The translations under genes and the position numbers were made by a program. From Girardia tigrina (taxonomy: Eukaryota), in assembly GCA_001938485.1 (NCBI GenBank), contig MQRK01186600.1:1-64000 (forward strand): a DNA stretch of 64,000 bases, in the 5' to 3' direction. The first letter of the stretch is position 1; each line of letters starts with the position of its first letter. Under the pieces are notes generated by a model. That model did not search any database, was not told the origin of the DNA, and saw only the letters and a program-made list of their open reading frames with translations. Shown here piece by piece: positions 25,340 through 37,757 of the stretch.

Positions 25340-26115
25340 AAAAAAAATTGGCAAGTTATTAAAATCAAAACTTGAAAGCCAATTAAAAACGTTTATTAAT
25401 TTCGACGGTTTAACCGTCATCGTCAGAACAAATGATTTTTCAAACGAAATTGACTTATATAGTGCAGTTGATGATTATGCAATCAATGCATAATCAGTAC
25501 ATCATTTAAAAACTCTCAACAAAGTTGTAGAGAGTGCAGTTTGAACGTTAATTTTAGGATCCAAAGATCTAATATATAACGCTTCACATGTCACTCTCTC
25601 CCAATAANNNNNNNNNNNNNNNNNNNNNNNNNNNNNNNNNNNNNNNNNNNNNNNNNNNNNNNNNNNNNNNNNNNNNNNNNNNNNNNNNNNNNNNNNNNNN
25701 NNNNNNNNNNNNNNNNNNNNNNNNNNNNNNNNNNNNNNNNNNNNNNNNNNNNNNNNNNNNNNNNNNNNNNNNNNNNNNNNNNNNNNNNNNNNNNNNNNNN
25801 NNNNNNNNNNNNNNNNNNNNNNNNNNNNNNNNNNNNNNNNNNNNNNNNNNNNNNNNNNNNNNNNNNNNNNNNNNNNNNNNNNNNNNNNNNNNNNNNNNNN
25901 NNNNNNNNNNNNNNNNNNNNNNNNNNNNNNNTCTAAAATTTTAGCATTACTTTTTTTGTCAATTAATTTATCAATAGTTTCCTTTGTTAATTTCTCTACT
26001 ATCGATTTTGAATATCCGTTATCATATAATAATTTGTTTAATTTATTAAGTCTTAATAAAATTTTTAAGTCTGTAATTAAGTCTGTAAAATTTTTAAATA
26101 AACTTAGAAAACAAA
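25340..26115 (-). mobile_element. Penelope-like element 3' part (spans an N gap)
   Basis: LYDNGYSK, GIY-YIG tail WERVTCEALYIRSLDPKINVQ; shares its terminal repeat with 30000-30460. Confidence 0.8.
25390..25430 (-). ncRNA. Minimal type I hammerhead ribozyme (intact core)
   Basis: UGUU-CUGACGA-U-GACGGU-UAA-ACCGUC-GAAA-UUAA-UA-AACG. Confidence 0.85.
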
Positions 26116-26149
26116 GCGGTCCTCATTTTTTTATCGCCGCGATTAATGT

Positions 26150-26629
26150 TCACCTTTTTCTCTCGACATATGATGAGTAGCAATCAATACGACAAATCAG
26201 TGTCTCTGTGGATTGAATACTTAAACCCAGTGTCGCCATATTCGTTCAACATCGATGGTTGCATTCTGCTAACTACCGTTGGGCCGAGGCGGGCAATCGT
26301 TACACTGATGATGAAATCGCCAGCGAGTACGGTGGGGCAACGACCGCGAACCTCGACGTGTATTTCCCGGCTCGGCCGACCAGAACCGACGGGGGAACAG
26401 ACTACGAACCGATCCGATGCTTGGCTTACGGGGGCTTAGCCTCGGATGTCAATCATGCCGGGAAGTCGATATTCGAACATGTGCCGACCGATGGTCACTC
26501 AGGCAGATCCGGTTCACGAAAGCCTACGTTCGGTGGACTCCTCCAGCCCACGGTTTCCCACATAGATACGAGGTCTCGGTTGCCGCAGTTCAGGTCGGCA
26601 GTCAGCAGCTCAAGGATAATAAAACTTAA
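26150..26629 (+). pseudogene. Fibronectin type III repeat fragments
   Basis: IEYLNPVSPYSFNIDGC..VGP (LxPxxxY) and KAYVRWTPPAHGFPHRYEVSV (WxPP..Y) in different frames. Confidence 0.5.
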
Positions 26630-27156
26630 TGACTTGATTTTTACAAGCTCATATCAATGTTGTTAATATCTCGGAAATTCATGAAAAGTATCCAGAAATC
26701 AAGTCGATAGAAATTATTGTCTTAATATGAGCAATGCTCATTGAGCATGCTTTAAAATTGTTTTGCAGTTAAAATGACCGCTTCGTCGTTTTAGTGTTAA
26801 AAACTATAAAGAATATGAGGTGTTGTAGTGAATTGCAATTACAAAAATTTAATTCAAAACCGATTCTACAATTAGAAATCACTAATTTAGTAAAGCAAAA
26901 ATAGAATCAAGAACTGAAATTTACAAATACCCAAGATAATTATAAATTTAGTTTCGGATTTCGATTTTGAATTACAAATGCTAAAATGAATTATAATTTA
27001 CGAATTAAAAAAATAGAAAAAAAAAGAAACTGTGATAAAATTCATTAATTGCAAAAGTTAACAATATTAAAAAATAACTTTGTTTTAAAAAGAAGAATTT
27101 TTAAAGTTTTGTTTATTAATTGTAAATTGATGTAAGACTAAAAGCGTGGTGTTGCA

Positions 27157-27396
27157 ATGATTATGAATTGTCGATCCGATTCTCTAAGTGTTAAAAATAA
27201 AACTTCTCGTCGATTTATTTGTATCTATACTTTCGAAATTGATATGCCAGTAAACTTTATTGGATTAAAAGTCACTTCAGGGATTTTCGGGCAAGATGAC
27301 CGCCGTTACGTTTTCGTCGAGAGCCATCTCGATCCGGTAAGCTATTATGCGACAGCTATAGCTCTTGCCTCCATTCTCGAAGCACCGATCGATTGA
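27157..27396 (+). pseudogene. FN3-like fragment
   Basis: YVFVESHLDPVSYYATAIAL (LxPxxxY). Confidence 0.35.
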
Positions 27397-27499
27397 CGAG
27401 CGTACGGATGATCCCGTTCACGTGTTACGATACCTGCAGTAGCTGCGCGATTCCTCAGTGTCTAAGAGCCTCCACATACTTATCACTAAATCAGGATCC

Positions 27500-28320
27500 C
27501 TTATACTCACCAAAATAAATTGTCAACTGTTGATTAAAACGGCGTCTTTATAGCATATTAAACTGGTAACCCTACCGGTTACCAAAGGTATGCAAAAAGT
27601 TTCTGAGCAAACCAGTTTCTTTCTCAAGCTTTCCATGTTCATCTACCGGGCAGAGAATAATATTAAGATTCTGGTTAACTATTATGGTGTCCCTCTATGC
27701 ATTTTTCTTCTTAATATCATCTGTAAGCTTGATTTTATGAATAGTAGCGCTTCCATATTGTCTTTGAAGGTCTAGCAATCCACTACTATTTTTGATTTTT
27801 TGTCTGGACGTCAGTAAAGTTTGTGTGGTAATGCGTATATGATAGAGAAATGACTGATATATGATCGTAATGGGGTTGTACTTTTGACTCACACTGTGTA
27901 TTTTTTGTGTTTTTTTTATGGAATTCATTTTATTAATTCTATTGGTTATTTAATATTTATCTGGATTGGTTCGAGTTGCGACCATATAACACATCATAGT
28001 ATCTTGCATCCTAAAAAGTCTGAGGCTTAATATCTTATATAGAGGGAAATCCATTGCTTTAAGTTTAAATTATCATATAATAAAGGCTGTGAGTAATATC
28101 TGTCAGCTGCGGTTGTGGGTGAAAGATTTGAGAGTTTTGTAATTTAATTAATTTATTTTTTCATATTAATTATAAATGTTATCAATTTGTATTTGTTCTA
28201 TAGATTTTCCTAATTATGGTCTGTGTGAGGGGTTGGTCTGATAATTTTTGTATGTTGATTGAAATTTGTTGGGTTTAATGTTCTCTCCCATTTGATGTAA
28301 TTATTTTTTCGACGATTTTA
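27500..28320 (-). mobile_element. Old Penelope-like relic
   Basis: Traces only: LSDQPLT, NGFP, MEALLFI. Confidence 0.3.
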
Positions 28321-29274
28321 ATTTAAATGATATAATTATATAATCAATATATGACAAATGAATGTATTTTTTGTAATATTCAGTTTATATCAGCAGATAA
28401 ATTTAAATTTGCCGTTACAATATATTAGTTTTCAAATAAATGATTTTCCAAGAAGAGTTTTGTTTCTTTGATAAGCAGATAGAAACGTGAGGAGTAATTA
28501 ACAGTCTATTTTATATCTTGAATACTTTCAGTTACAAACATAATAAATCATTTATTTGGTTTTGAAAGGGTACGTATAGAGTTAATGATCAGTTACGTAC
28601 TTAATTTCGTAAAATTAATCGACAACTCTCAAAAAACTAGTGGAAAAGGAGCTAAAGTAGCCCTAGTTCAAGGTCCTCTTTTGAAAAAAATCAAAAACCT
28701 CTTCTGTAGTCACAATTTGTTCTTATATTTGAATTTGACTTGAAACTACTAAAAGTAAGTATCTCTAATTACACAGTGAAACAATTTACAAATAATTAAT
28801 TGACAAAAATACTTTTTTATGAGATTAGAAAATTTGTAGAAATTATAAATTATTACTTTTTGGATTTATTAAATGTCAACGGAAATGAGAGATAATTTGC
28901 TTTTGATGAATTTATGAGTTTTATTTGATTTTGGCAAAACAGAATTGTATGAGGATGTCATGAAGAGATGTCGACGTAATGAATGTGTTTAATTACGCTC
29001 TTGTGACTTTGAGGATGCGGTTTAGATAAACATTGACGATCGTCACTGGCATAAATCGGATATTTAAGTGTTGTTTGATTGTTTTATTAAATGTAGCGGC
29101 TTAAGAGAAACACATTCGACATGTAGAGTTATGTTCGACTAAATGGGGAAATAATTTCAAAATCACAGAAATTATTTAATTATTTATAAAATAAATTATG
29201 TCTATTTGTATCTGTAAATAATTACCTTAACTGCCCTCACCTTCTTATGACACGCATTTATATATATATATATA

Positions 29275-29968
29275 TGTTAGGGTTCCGAAATATACATATG
29301 AACACTTTTGATAAAATTTTATATAGGAAAATTTTTAAATAATTCTTTTAGTAAAATTATTAATTTCAAACAAAATAATATTTAGTTTAACAAAACTTGG
29401 AATTAAAAATTATAAATGTTGTAGTCTTTGTTTTACTTCATCAATTTTCAAGGCTGATGAAAATGACTATATAAACAGCAGCAAATTTAGTTTTAGTTTG
29501 CCCAAAAATTCTCTCATCAAAAAACTAAAGGAAGCAAGTAAACTCAAAATTATTTCTATTATTTATTATTCTTTTTAAAATATTATTTTTTAAACCACAA
29601 GTATCCCGTATGGGAGAAGAAGGTTTAATTTAATTTTAAACATTCGTTTGTTTTGGAGATTCACAGTTTTTACTGTAATCTGTTAACTCGTATGAAATTT
29701 TGTTTTGTGTTTGTGTTCTGACATCAAGAATTGAATTATTATTATTATTTTTGAATTGTTATTTTTTGTTATTTGAAATAAAGTTTCATAAAAGAATTTG
29801 TGTTCGTTGTCTATATATTTATGTTGGAAGTCCTTTCTGATTAATTGGAGTCAGATTAAAGAGTTCAGATTAAAGATTTAAGATTAAAGATTAAAGTTTA
29901 AAGAATAAAGATTTAAGATTTGTGTTTTAAAAGTAAATAATCATATTAAAGATTTCTAATACCCAACA
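29275..29968. mobile_element. Probable solo LTR within a microsatellite
   Basis: TGTTAGG..CCCAACA termini, flanked by TA and CAAA/CA repeats; internal AGATTAA tandem units. Confidence 0.4.
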
Positions 29969-29999
29969 AACAAACAAACACACACACACACATATATAT

Positions 30000-30460
30000 A
30001 TTGAATAAATCGAAATAAAATAGGCAAATTATCAAATAAAAAACTCTTTAGCCAATCAAAGTTTATTAATTTCTACGGTTTAACCGTCATCGTCAGAACA
30101 AATGATTTTCAAACGAAATTTACTTACGTAATGCAGTAAATGATTATGCAATCAATATGTAATCTGTATCTCATTAAATAACTCTCAACAAAGTTGTAGA
30201 GAATGCATTTTGAACGTTAATTTTAGGATCAAAAGATCTTATATATAACGCTTCACATGTCACTCTCTCCCAATAATTTTTAAATTGACTGCACAGAATT
30301 TTAAAGTGTTGTGAATTTATATCTCCTTTACAATGTCTTCTATGTCCTGCAATGTTACTTCCACCTTCATTGCGACTGTGTTCATGAATTCTCTTACAGA
30401 GATAACATGAAGTCTTTCCAATGTATGTGGCGTTACACCCATTACGCATATATTATAAGA
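30000..30460 (-). mobile_element. Penelope GIY-YIG endonuclease and terminal repeat
   Basis: CNATYIGKTS..KRIHEH..EALYIRSFDPKIN. Confidence 0.9.
30061..30100 (-). ncRNA. Minimal hammerhead ribozyme
   Basis: UGUU-CUGACGA-U-GACGGU-UAA-ACCGUA-GAAA-UUAA-UA-AAC (one stem II mismatch). Confidence 0.8.
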
Positions 30461-30479
30461 CATCTGACAATCAATGGAA

Positions 30480-31345
30480 ACCTCCTTAATAATGTAAGTG
30501 GTCATTTTTGTTATCAATTATGTATAAGTATATCTGAAAATTCTTCTAATAAAGCCATTTATGATAAAATTATTGTACAGAATAAATATTTGTCTAATTT
30601 GCGTAAACTGTTAGTTGCTTTTAAATTTAATGTTAAAAATACCGTTTTAAACTTAAGTAACATTGATTTAACCGATGATGAATTATATAATTTGATTGGC
30701 TAAATAATTTTTTATTTAATAATTTGTCTATTTTATTTCGATTTATTCATATATATATATGTTGGGTATTAGAAATCTTTAATATAATTATTTACTTTTA
30801 AAACACAAATCTTAAATATCTTAAAACTTAAGTAACATTGATTTAACCGATGATGAATTACATATATTAAAGTATGGTTCAAATCATGGCATTAGAAAGA
30901 AAATTAATAAATTTAAACTTCAATCCAAGGTTGAAACATTGTTTAATTTTTTAATTATGAATGTTTCAAAATTAAATAAAAGCGTGGATTTCGAAAATTT
31001 AAAACACGTGTTTTTAATAGTACAAATAAATATTTAAAACAAAATGAAAATCAAAGTAATAAAGAATTTTTAATATTAAAAAATCTAATTAAAAAAAGGT
31101 AAATATTTTTAAATTTGACAAGGGAAATGGGTTAGTAATATTGAATGATTTTGATTATAATAAGAAAATGAATGAAATACTAAATTGTTCTCAATTTAAG
31201 AAAATCGAAAAATTTAGAAAAAAAAGGAAAATTGTCACCATTGAAAAAAGGTGTTCCAATGCGTTCAGTATTGTCGATGATTAGAACATCACAATATGAA
31301 ATTGCGAAATATCTCGATGTCCTGTTGAAACCTTTAATTCCAAAA
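30480..31345 (+). mobile_element. Penelope N-terminal/RT fragment, divergent from the GIY-YIG piece
   Basis: VLNLSNIDLTDDEL..LKYGSNH, FDKGNGLVIL..DYNKKM..IL, QYEIAKYLDVLLKP. Confidence 0.8.
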
Positions 31346-31349
31346 GGCG

Positions 31350-31940
31350 CTGCGTCAGAATGGTGACAAACCTTTCCAATGTCCCATGGAAAATTGTTGC
31401 AAGACCTATAAATCGGATGGATGGTTAAAGCGACATTTATTGATCGATCATCGAACCCAATGCAGTACCAGTGCTACTAGCGTTTCACAAAATAACGTAG
31501 ATGAAGTATGTACAGAATCTTGAAACTCGATCACGATGCATGATGTGTCTGTACCCCTTGAGGGTACTGCGGAGACGGACTCAGGAGTGATGTCAAGAGT
31601 GATTCTCGACTTTCGGTTAAGTAATATGTGTGGATATTTCGGTGTCCCTTTACTCCTTGTACGAAATGTGTTTACACAGCCAAAACTCTACAGAATCAGG
31701 GTACGAGGGATCATGATTGGTCCTTTTTGACTGGGAAACTGAATCGTGTCCGTGTACTGAAAGCTCACATTCTTACATCTGAAGTCATGCGAGAAAGTCA
31801 GTAGACTCTGTTTTGTCTATTTATTGTTTTGATTTCATACAGAGTCTATGGCTCACTACTCTGTATGTATATAATGGTACTGTAGTCTCTTCGCTTCTCA
31901 GTTATCTGTCGAGTCTGTGGAGGGTTATTATCATCGTGTC
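31350..31940 (+). mobile_element. C2H2 zinc-finger-bearing fragment, probably retroelement-derived
   Basis: GDKPFQCPMENCCKTYKSDGWLKRHLLIDH (31362-31451) and a second decayed finger FRCPFTPCTK..RDH. Confidence 0.5.
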
Positions 31941-32471
31941 AATTTTTATTGTATTATTATTTATTTTATATTGATTAGTTGTCTATTCGTTTTGTGTACT
32001 TTTTCGCTACAATTATATCTAGAGAAATTCAAATGTTTTTTTTTTAATTTTTTTCAGTATTTATATCTTCAATGAGTAATTCTACAAACTCTCTGACTTT
32101 TGTGAAACACGATATAATTAAATAATAACAATAAAATTTTGAATGGAAAAGAAGCCTTACTTGTTTTTAATTTTTAATACTTATTATTATTGTTGTATTT
32201 TTTGTCAGAAGACTATTGTGTAACTATATCTTGCATCATAATACGCTAATATGATTGGACGAATTCCTTTGACCATTTAAACAAGTTTCATAAACTTTGT
32301 TTAAAAGTGCAAAGTGATTCCCACAATTTTATTATCATTCCTTTAATTATTTTTAATACAACCTTTTATTTTACAGAACTGTCAACAATTTATCAATACG
32401 CAAAGCATTATAGAAATTGTTTTACGGAATAAAATTATTAAAATATATAAATTAAATAAAGTGACGATTTT

Positions 32472-32516
<45 letters not shown>

Positions 32517-32595
32517 NNNNNNNNNNNNNNNNNNNNNNNNNNNNNNNNNNNNNNNNNNNNNNNNNNATATATATATATATATGTATATATATATG
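32472..32595. repeat. (CA)n(TA)n microsatellite around an N gap
   Basis: Seen directly; other (TA)n tracts at 19667-19707 and 32681-32707. Confidence 0.95.
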
Positions 32596-32676
32596 TTAAA
32601 GCATTTTTTAAAAAATCAACATTAAAAAAATGCTTTACTATATATCTATTCAAAATATCTCAAATTATTATTCACC

Positions 32677-32707
<31 letters not shown>

Positions 32708-33789
32708 CAAGAGAGGTATAAAACCGATTCTGGAGCACTGTTGATATTCCAATTCATGCTTCCAAAACTAAAATACTCAACTATTAACAAAATAAAAAAT
32801 AGTAAATAATTTATTACAGAAAAATATAATGTTTCCGTCTTAATTATATATAAATGTTAACAATAAATTATGAAGCATAACCGAAAATTTTGTTACAAAT
32901 TTATAAAGAAGTTATTTTCTTCAGAAGGAAATAGACCATTTATGTTTGCTTTAATTGTTCTCAAACCAGAAGCATTTTGACGCCATTTTTAAATGATTTT
33001 ATTAATCTATTTGGAAAAATATTTTTATGTTACAAGTAATGAATTAATTTGTTTGATTAATTTTATTATTAAATTTGATATTTTAATTTAAAGAAATTAA
33101 ACTTTTGTGATAAAATAAATTTTAGACTGAACTATTTATTCATTACTTGCAATTTATGTTATAAATTAATAATCAAAAACTCAAAAGAATATTAATTTAT
33201 ATCAATATTCACAAATTTATTTGAACATTTGTTGCACTTATATTTTGTGTTTTAGTGGATGTAATATGTGCTTCATCCATCATCTAACTTTCTTTAGGGT
33301 ACCCTCGTCTTAATCCTTTATCGCCAACTACCCCCCAGCCCATGCAATGTTCCATAGATGATGATACTTCGCCATTAATATTTATTTATATTAGAAAATG
33401 AACAATATTTAATTAAAATTATAAGATAATATTTTTGATTTATTGAAATATTTTTTTCGAATAAATCAATTTTATCTCTTTAAAAAATGGATGAGTTCCT
33501 GTCTGCTTACAATTTGATTTTTTTTATTTTTCCTTATAATTATATAGGAAATGGATTTTTGAAAAAGTGAGGATTTTAATTAAATTGTTGAAGTTCCATT
33601 AACATTATATAACAAAATATAAAATTCCATAATAAAGACCAGGGACTCCCATAGACTCCAAGATATACGTCTTTATCAATTTTTCCAAACTTGTTAACTC
33701 GCGGTACGTTTAGTTAATTTAATTTTGCTACACTGAATACAGACATATAATAACCCATTACTGTTCTGTTGACATAATTTTATTTTATT

Positions 33790-34850
33790 ATTTTTTATTA
33801 ATCGTCTGCAATTTCTGCTTAAAAGAATTGTCCTTTGACCAACATGTACTAGGTGAAGTAGTAGAGCTTAAATTCTTTTTAAAACTGTCTTCATTTGTGT
33901 TACATATATCTAGGGCCAACGATTTATCGCGACAAGAATATGCTATCTGCCGCTTTTACATCAATACCAACACGTAGCCTACATCTATTGCTTCCAGGAG
34001 ATTTGAATCCAGTTCAAAATGATTGAGCACTGTCATCACTAGATTTCTAGGCGTTTTTATGGTATCATCGCAATATGCATTTGTTCCATCCTTCACTACT
34101 GCATCTGACCACAGATCATGGTCTAGAATTCTCTGCATAATTTTTGGTGCGACAGTTATACTGAAACTGAGTTAGGTTAGATAGTATGCCCGATCCTCAT
34201 TCTAAAATATCTGATAGAATTATAAAAATGCCAATATGCTGATTTTAGAGTCATAATTTTAATCCTATGTCCAGTACGTTGCAAACTACTGAGTTTCTTT
34301 ACTCAAACGAAACTCCTTATAGTGTGACTAAAGAATCTTTAGCAGAGATAGAGTCACTGAAAACCTGGAAGTCAAACACCAGTCTGATTTTCTTTCATTT
34401 GACCATTGCAAACTGATCTTAAGGGAAGTGTTGGTTGATGAGGATTATCTTCAACCCTTTCTTCTTTCATTAATCTAATTCGACATTTACTTACTTCTCG
34501 TGCAACATGTCTGATGTATATTTTGGAACGTCTATATTTACTTGGAATGCCTGTCCAACATTTCAGTGCTAGGTTACCGTCAAAGACAAAAAATCAAATT
34601 CTAATGTAAAATCGGGGTCTTCGATTCCCTTGAGTTCTGTTGAGATTTGGCCCTTTGTTTCTCTTATTACCGAATCTAGTGTCACTAGTATAAGCCAGCC
34701 TCACAGACCCTCCAATCTGCCCTGCCGTTCTCAAAATTACGAAGACCACTCAATCTGCACTGGCTTGCTTCGAAAAATCATCAGTGTCATTAAGCATACG
34801 GACCGTGTCTGCCAATTTTATTCTTTCCATACCCATGATATATTGTAGGT
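33790..34850 (-). mobile_element. Gypsy pol relic (same lineage as 5930-6930)
   Basis: KIRLVFDF, SFSITVAPKIMQRIL, TNAYCDD. Confidence 0.75.
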
Positions 34851-34989
34851 ACAATGAGAGATAAACCTTTTATAACAAAAACACCGCGGTTCTTCAGACT
34901 AGTTAAAAACTGTAATAATTAATCCAGTTATTCTCAGTTAATTTTGCATTTTCTCGAAACGACATAAAAGTATCTCTAAAAAAATACAA

Positions 34990-36806
34990 AATTTATTAAT
35001 ATAAACAATTAGATGTGTCGTCTATTGACAACAATCGGGCACTTCAAGCTAGAGCGCTCATTGAAATGCTTCGCGCCGATCACGCATCACTTCACTTCTC
35101 GTCTGATAGCGGGTTCCATTGGCCGGTGTTGTGTTTGCTCCAAGTCGTAGAGCAATGCTTGACATNNNNNNNNNNNNNNNNNNNNNNNNNNNNNNNNNNN
35201 NNNNNNNNNNNNNNNNNNNNNNNNNNNNNNNNNNNNNNNNNNNNNNNNNNNNNNNNNNNNNNNNNNNNNNNNNNNNNNNNNNNNNNNNNNNNNNNNNNNN
35301 NNNNNNNNNNNNNNNNNNNNNNNNNNNNNNNNNNNNNNNNNNNNNNNNNNNNNNNNNNNNNNNNNNNNNNNNNNNNNNNNNNNNNNNNNNNNNNNNNNNN
35401 NNNNNNNNNNNNNNNNNNNNNNNNNNNNNNNNNNNNNNNNNNNNNNNTGACCAGGCGCATTCTCTGTTAGTAATAATCTCATAAATAGGCTTTTCAGTCA
35501 ACAATGCTTCAGCGAAAATATTCTGAATAGCGTCATGGCGAGCATTAATAAGAGAGCTATTTCTACAGCAGATACAAAAGACATGGTGTTGAGTTTCTAC
35601 AGCAGACCCGCAAGCTCGACATTTAGTCTCGGCAGCCGGCTTATTAGGGATGAAATTAGTTGGAAGACTATTTGTGCGGGCCGCATGTAGAAACCGCCAT
35701 TCAGCATTGGTCAAGGAATTATCATATAGGATAGACGCGCTGACGGGGTTCTCACAGAGTGCCGCTGCAGAAATGCCGGCAACTCTCTGTCGGCTCCACT
35801 TATTGAACTTTAATTTACTGTAGAGTTTATGTATCTGATGGGAAGCAGATTTAATTTGTTTACTATTGATAATGATAGCGTCTTTATCTGCGTTGATCTT
35901 CAGACAAATTCCCATCTCATTGTTGTCAAACCTGATCCGCAAGCCAATTCCGTCTAGGTATTTAATGGAATTTCTAATTTTTGTCCACCAGGACCGATAG
36001 ACATTTTCCTTATCCCCCTCATTTAACCAAGTAAGACAGTCGGAAAGAGAGCAGTCGATTTCAGTATTATAGTATTTATATACAGTGTTTAACAGGTTGA
36101 TTTGAGAGAGACTTCTAGAAACAATGTCAGGGCAAGTGATGTTCCTGAATGCCTGAATGATCGATTGAATAGAGTACTCATCACGAACAGAGATTAAGCC
36201 TAATCCACCCAACTCTTTAGCAGCATAAATGTATTCATTGGAGGAGTTTGGTCGAGTGTCAAAAATTTCTTTAATAAATCTCCGAATTTCAACATCCAGC
36301 CCGCTTTTAAAAATGGCTGTCGTGGTGTCGTGGTACCCATAATCAGTGAGTTCTCTGTTAGGAATGTTGTAGTTCCTGAAGAAGAAGATTAGACGCGAGT
36401 GAAGGAAAATTTTGTATGCGTCAATCTTTTGCCATGGAAATAGTATACTTTTGACAATCTTCTTTAGATCCCTGATGAGATTTTTAAACAACTTTTCTGG
36501 CGTGCGTTTAGTTTTTCGGGTGAAATCGACTCCGAGATATCGGTACCCTTCTTCATCGTCTACAATAGGAATAGCGGAGTCATCAATATAAATTGTGTCA
36601 GCTTCAAGTGGGCATGAGAGATAACCGCACTTGTTAACATTGAACCGCAAAGAAGACCAGGAAACAATGGAATTTGCAACATTTACCATTTCTTGGAGAG
36701 TTTGACGGTCGGGCGCGACAAGAGAAATATCGTCGGCATAGGCGAGACAAGTGATTCTGCCAACGTCAGTTTGAATTCCGAAGGATTCATTTTCGTGCAG
36801 TGAAGA
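34990..36806 (-). mobile_element. 5'-truncated RLE-type non-LTR retrotransposon (NeSL/Utopia-like), frame open up to the N gap
   Basis: CLAYADD, YRYLGV, PWQKIDAYKIFL, YIY..GGLGL, WRFLHAARTN, CRACG..ET..HV..C, RHDAI; 3' AATAAA. Confidence 0.92.
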
Positions 36807-36809
36807 CTC

Positions 36810-37330
36810 GATTTGACTCGATTTGATTTACAAAGACGCGATTTGAGTTATTTGATCTGGAAAAATAAACTTATTTGACATATTTTGACTTGGGTCATTT
36901 ATTTATGTTTGAAGAGTCTCATGGATTGTAAAGATAAAACTAACAGAAATGATTATGGACAATTTTTGTGAATATTTAATTAACTATATTATATTTGATA
37001 TTATACGCCCCCCTATAAATGACATTTCAGTCAAATTGCATCGATGAGATTTCAGATTGTTTTGGATTTGATGGGAAGGCTTTTAATTTGTCACATTTAT
37101 ATGTGCATATTCTCAGATCAGGAAATAAAGACTTTATCCTTGACATAGAACAATGCTTCAGTTAAATTGCATCGTGATCGATTAGAACAGATATAGCAGT
37201 CCTTAACTGGCGGTAACGGTTCAAGTGCCTGGAAAATATTGCCTCGCGCAGACACGAAGTCAGAAACCAATACGTCATAACATTTCTCCGACAATTTCCG
37301 TGTATTGGGATTGTCACTTGTGATCACCAT
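36810..37330 (-). pseudogene. Possible leucine-rich-repeat gene relic
   Basis: Internal repeat SRCNLTE / HRCNLTE, FPDLRI, IASL*IKSSQIES; possibly continues at 34880-34985 (RDTFMSF..LTENNWI). Confidence 0.25.
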
Positions 37331-37757
37331 TATGTGAATACTAAATTAAATAAAAAATAAAATGATTTATTAATGTCAGATTAAATAAAACCTAATTAGT
37401 AATCGACTCAACGTTTACTTATTTAAATACATAAAATATTTAATAAATAAACTTTCAATTATTAAAAATTTATCAATTAGGATTATTTAAATTAATAAGT
37501 TTTTGAATTTTTTATAATTAATTGAAATGTAAATTAAAATTTCTGAAAATTAAAATGATTTCTCCCGGAAATATTTTTAATTATTTAATATTGAAATGTT
37601 CAAATAAGAAATATTTGAAATTTATTTTCCAAATCAGTATTATGTGATTATTTTATATTTTAGATAATTTTATGTGTTACAAAAATATTTATATTTAAAA
37701 ATAAAAATAATGTATTCAAACAGATACAAACAAATCTTAGAACACCATTTATTACAA

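Noticed and set aside
33255-33380. HCMGWG on the minus strand resembling a serine protease motif
   Set aside because: Too short, no other catalytic motifs
35058-35165. C-terminus of the 543-aa ORF as given in the track
   Set aside because: The frame across the estimated gap is arbitrary; the VKHCSTTWSKHNTG frame fits this element type better
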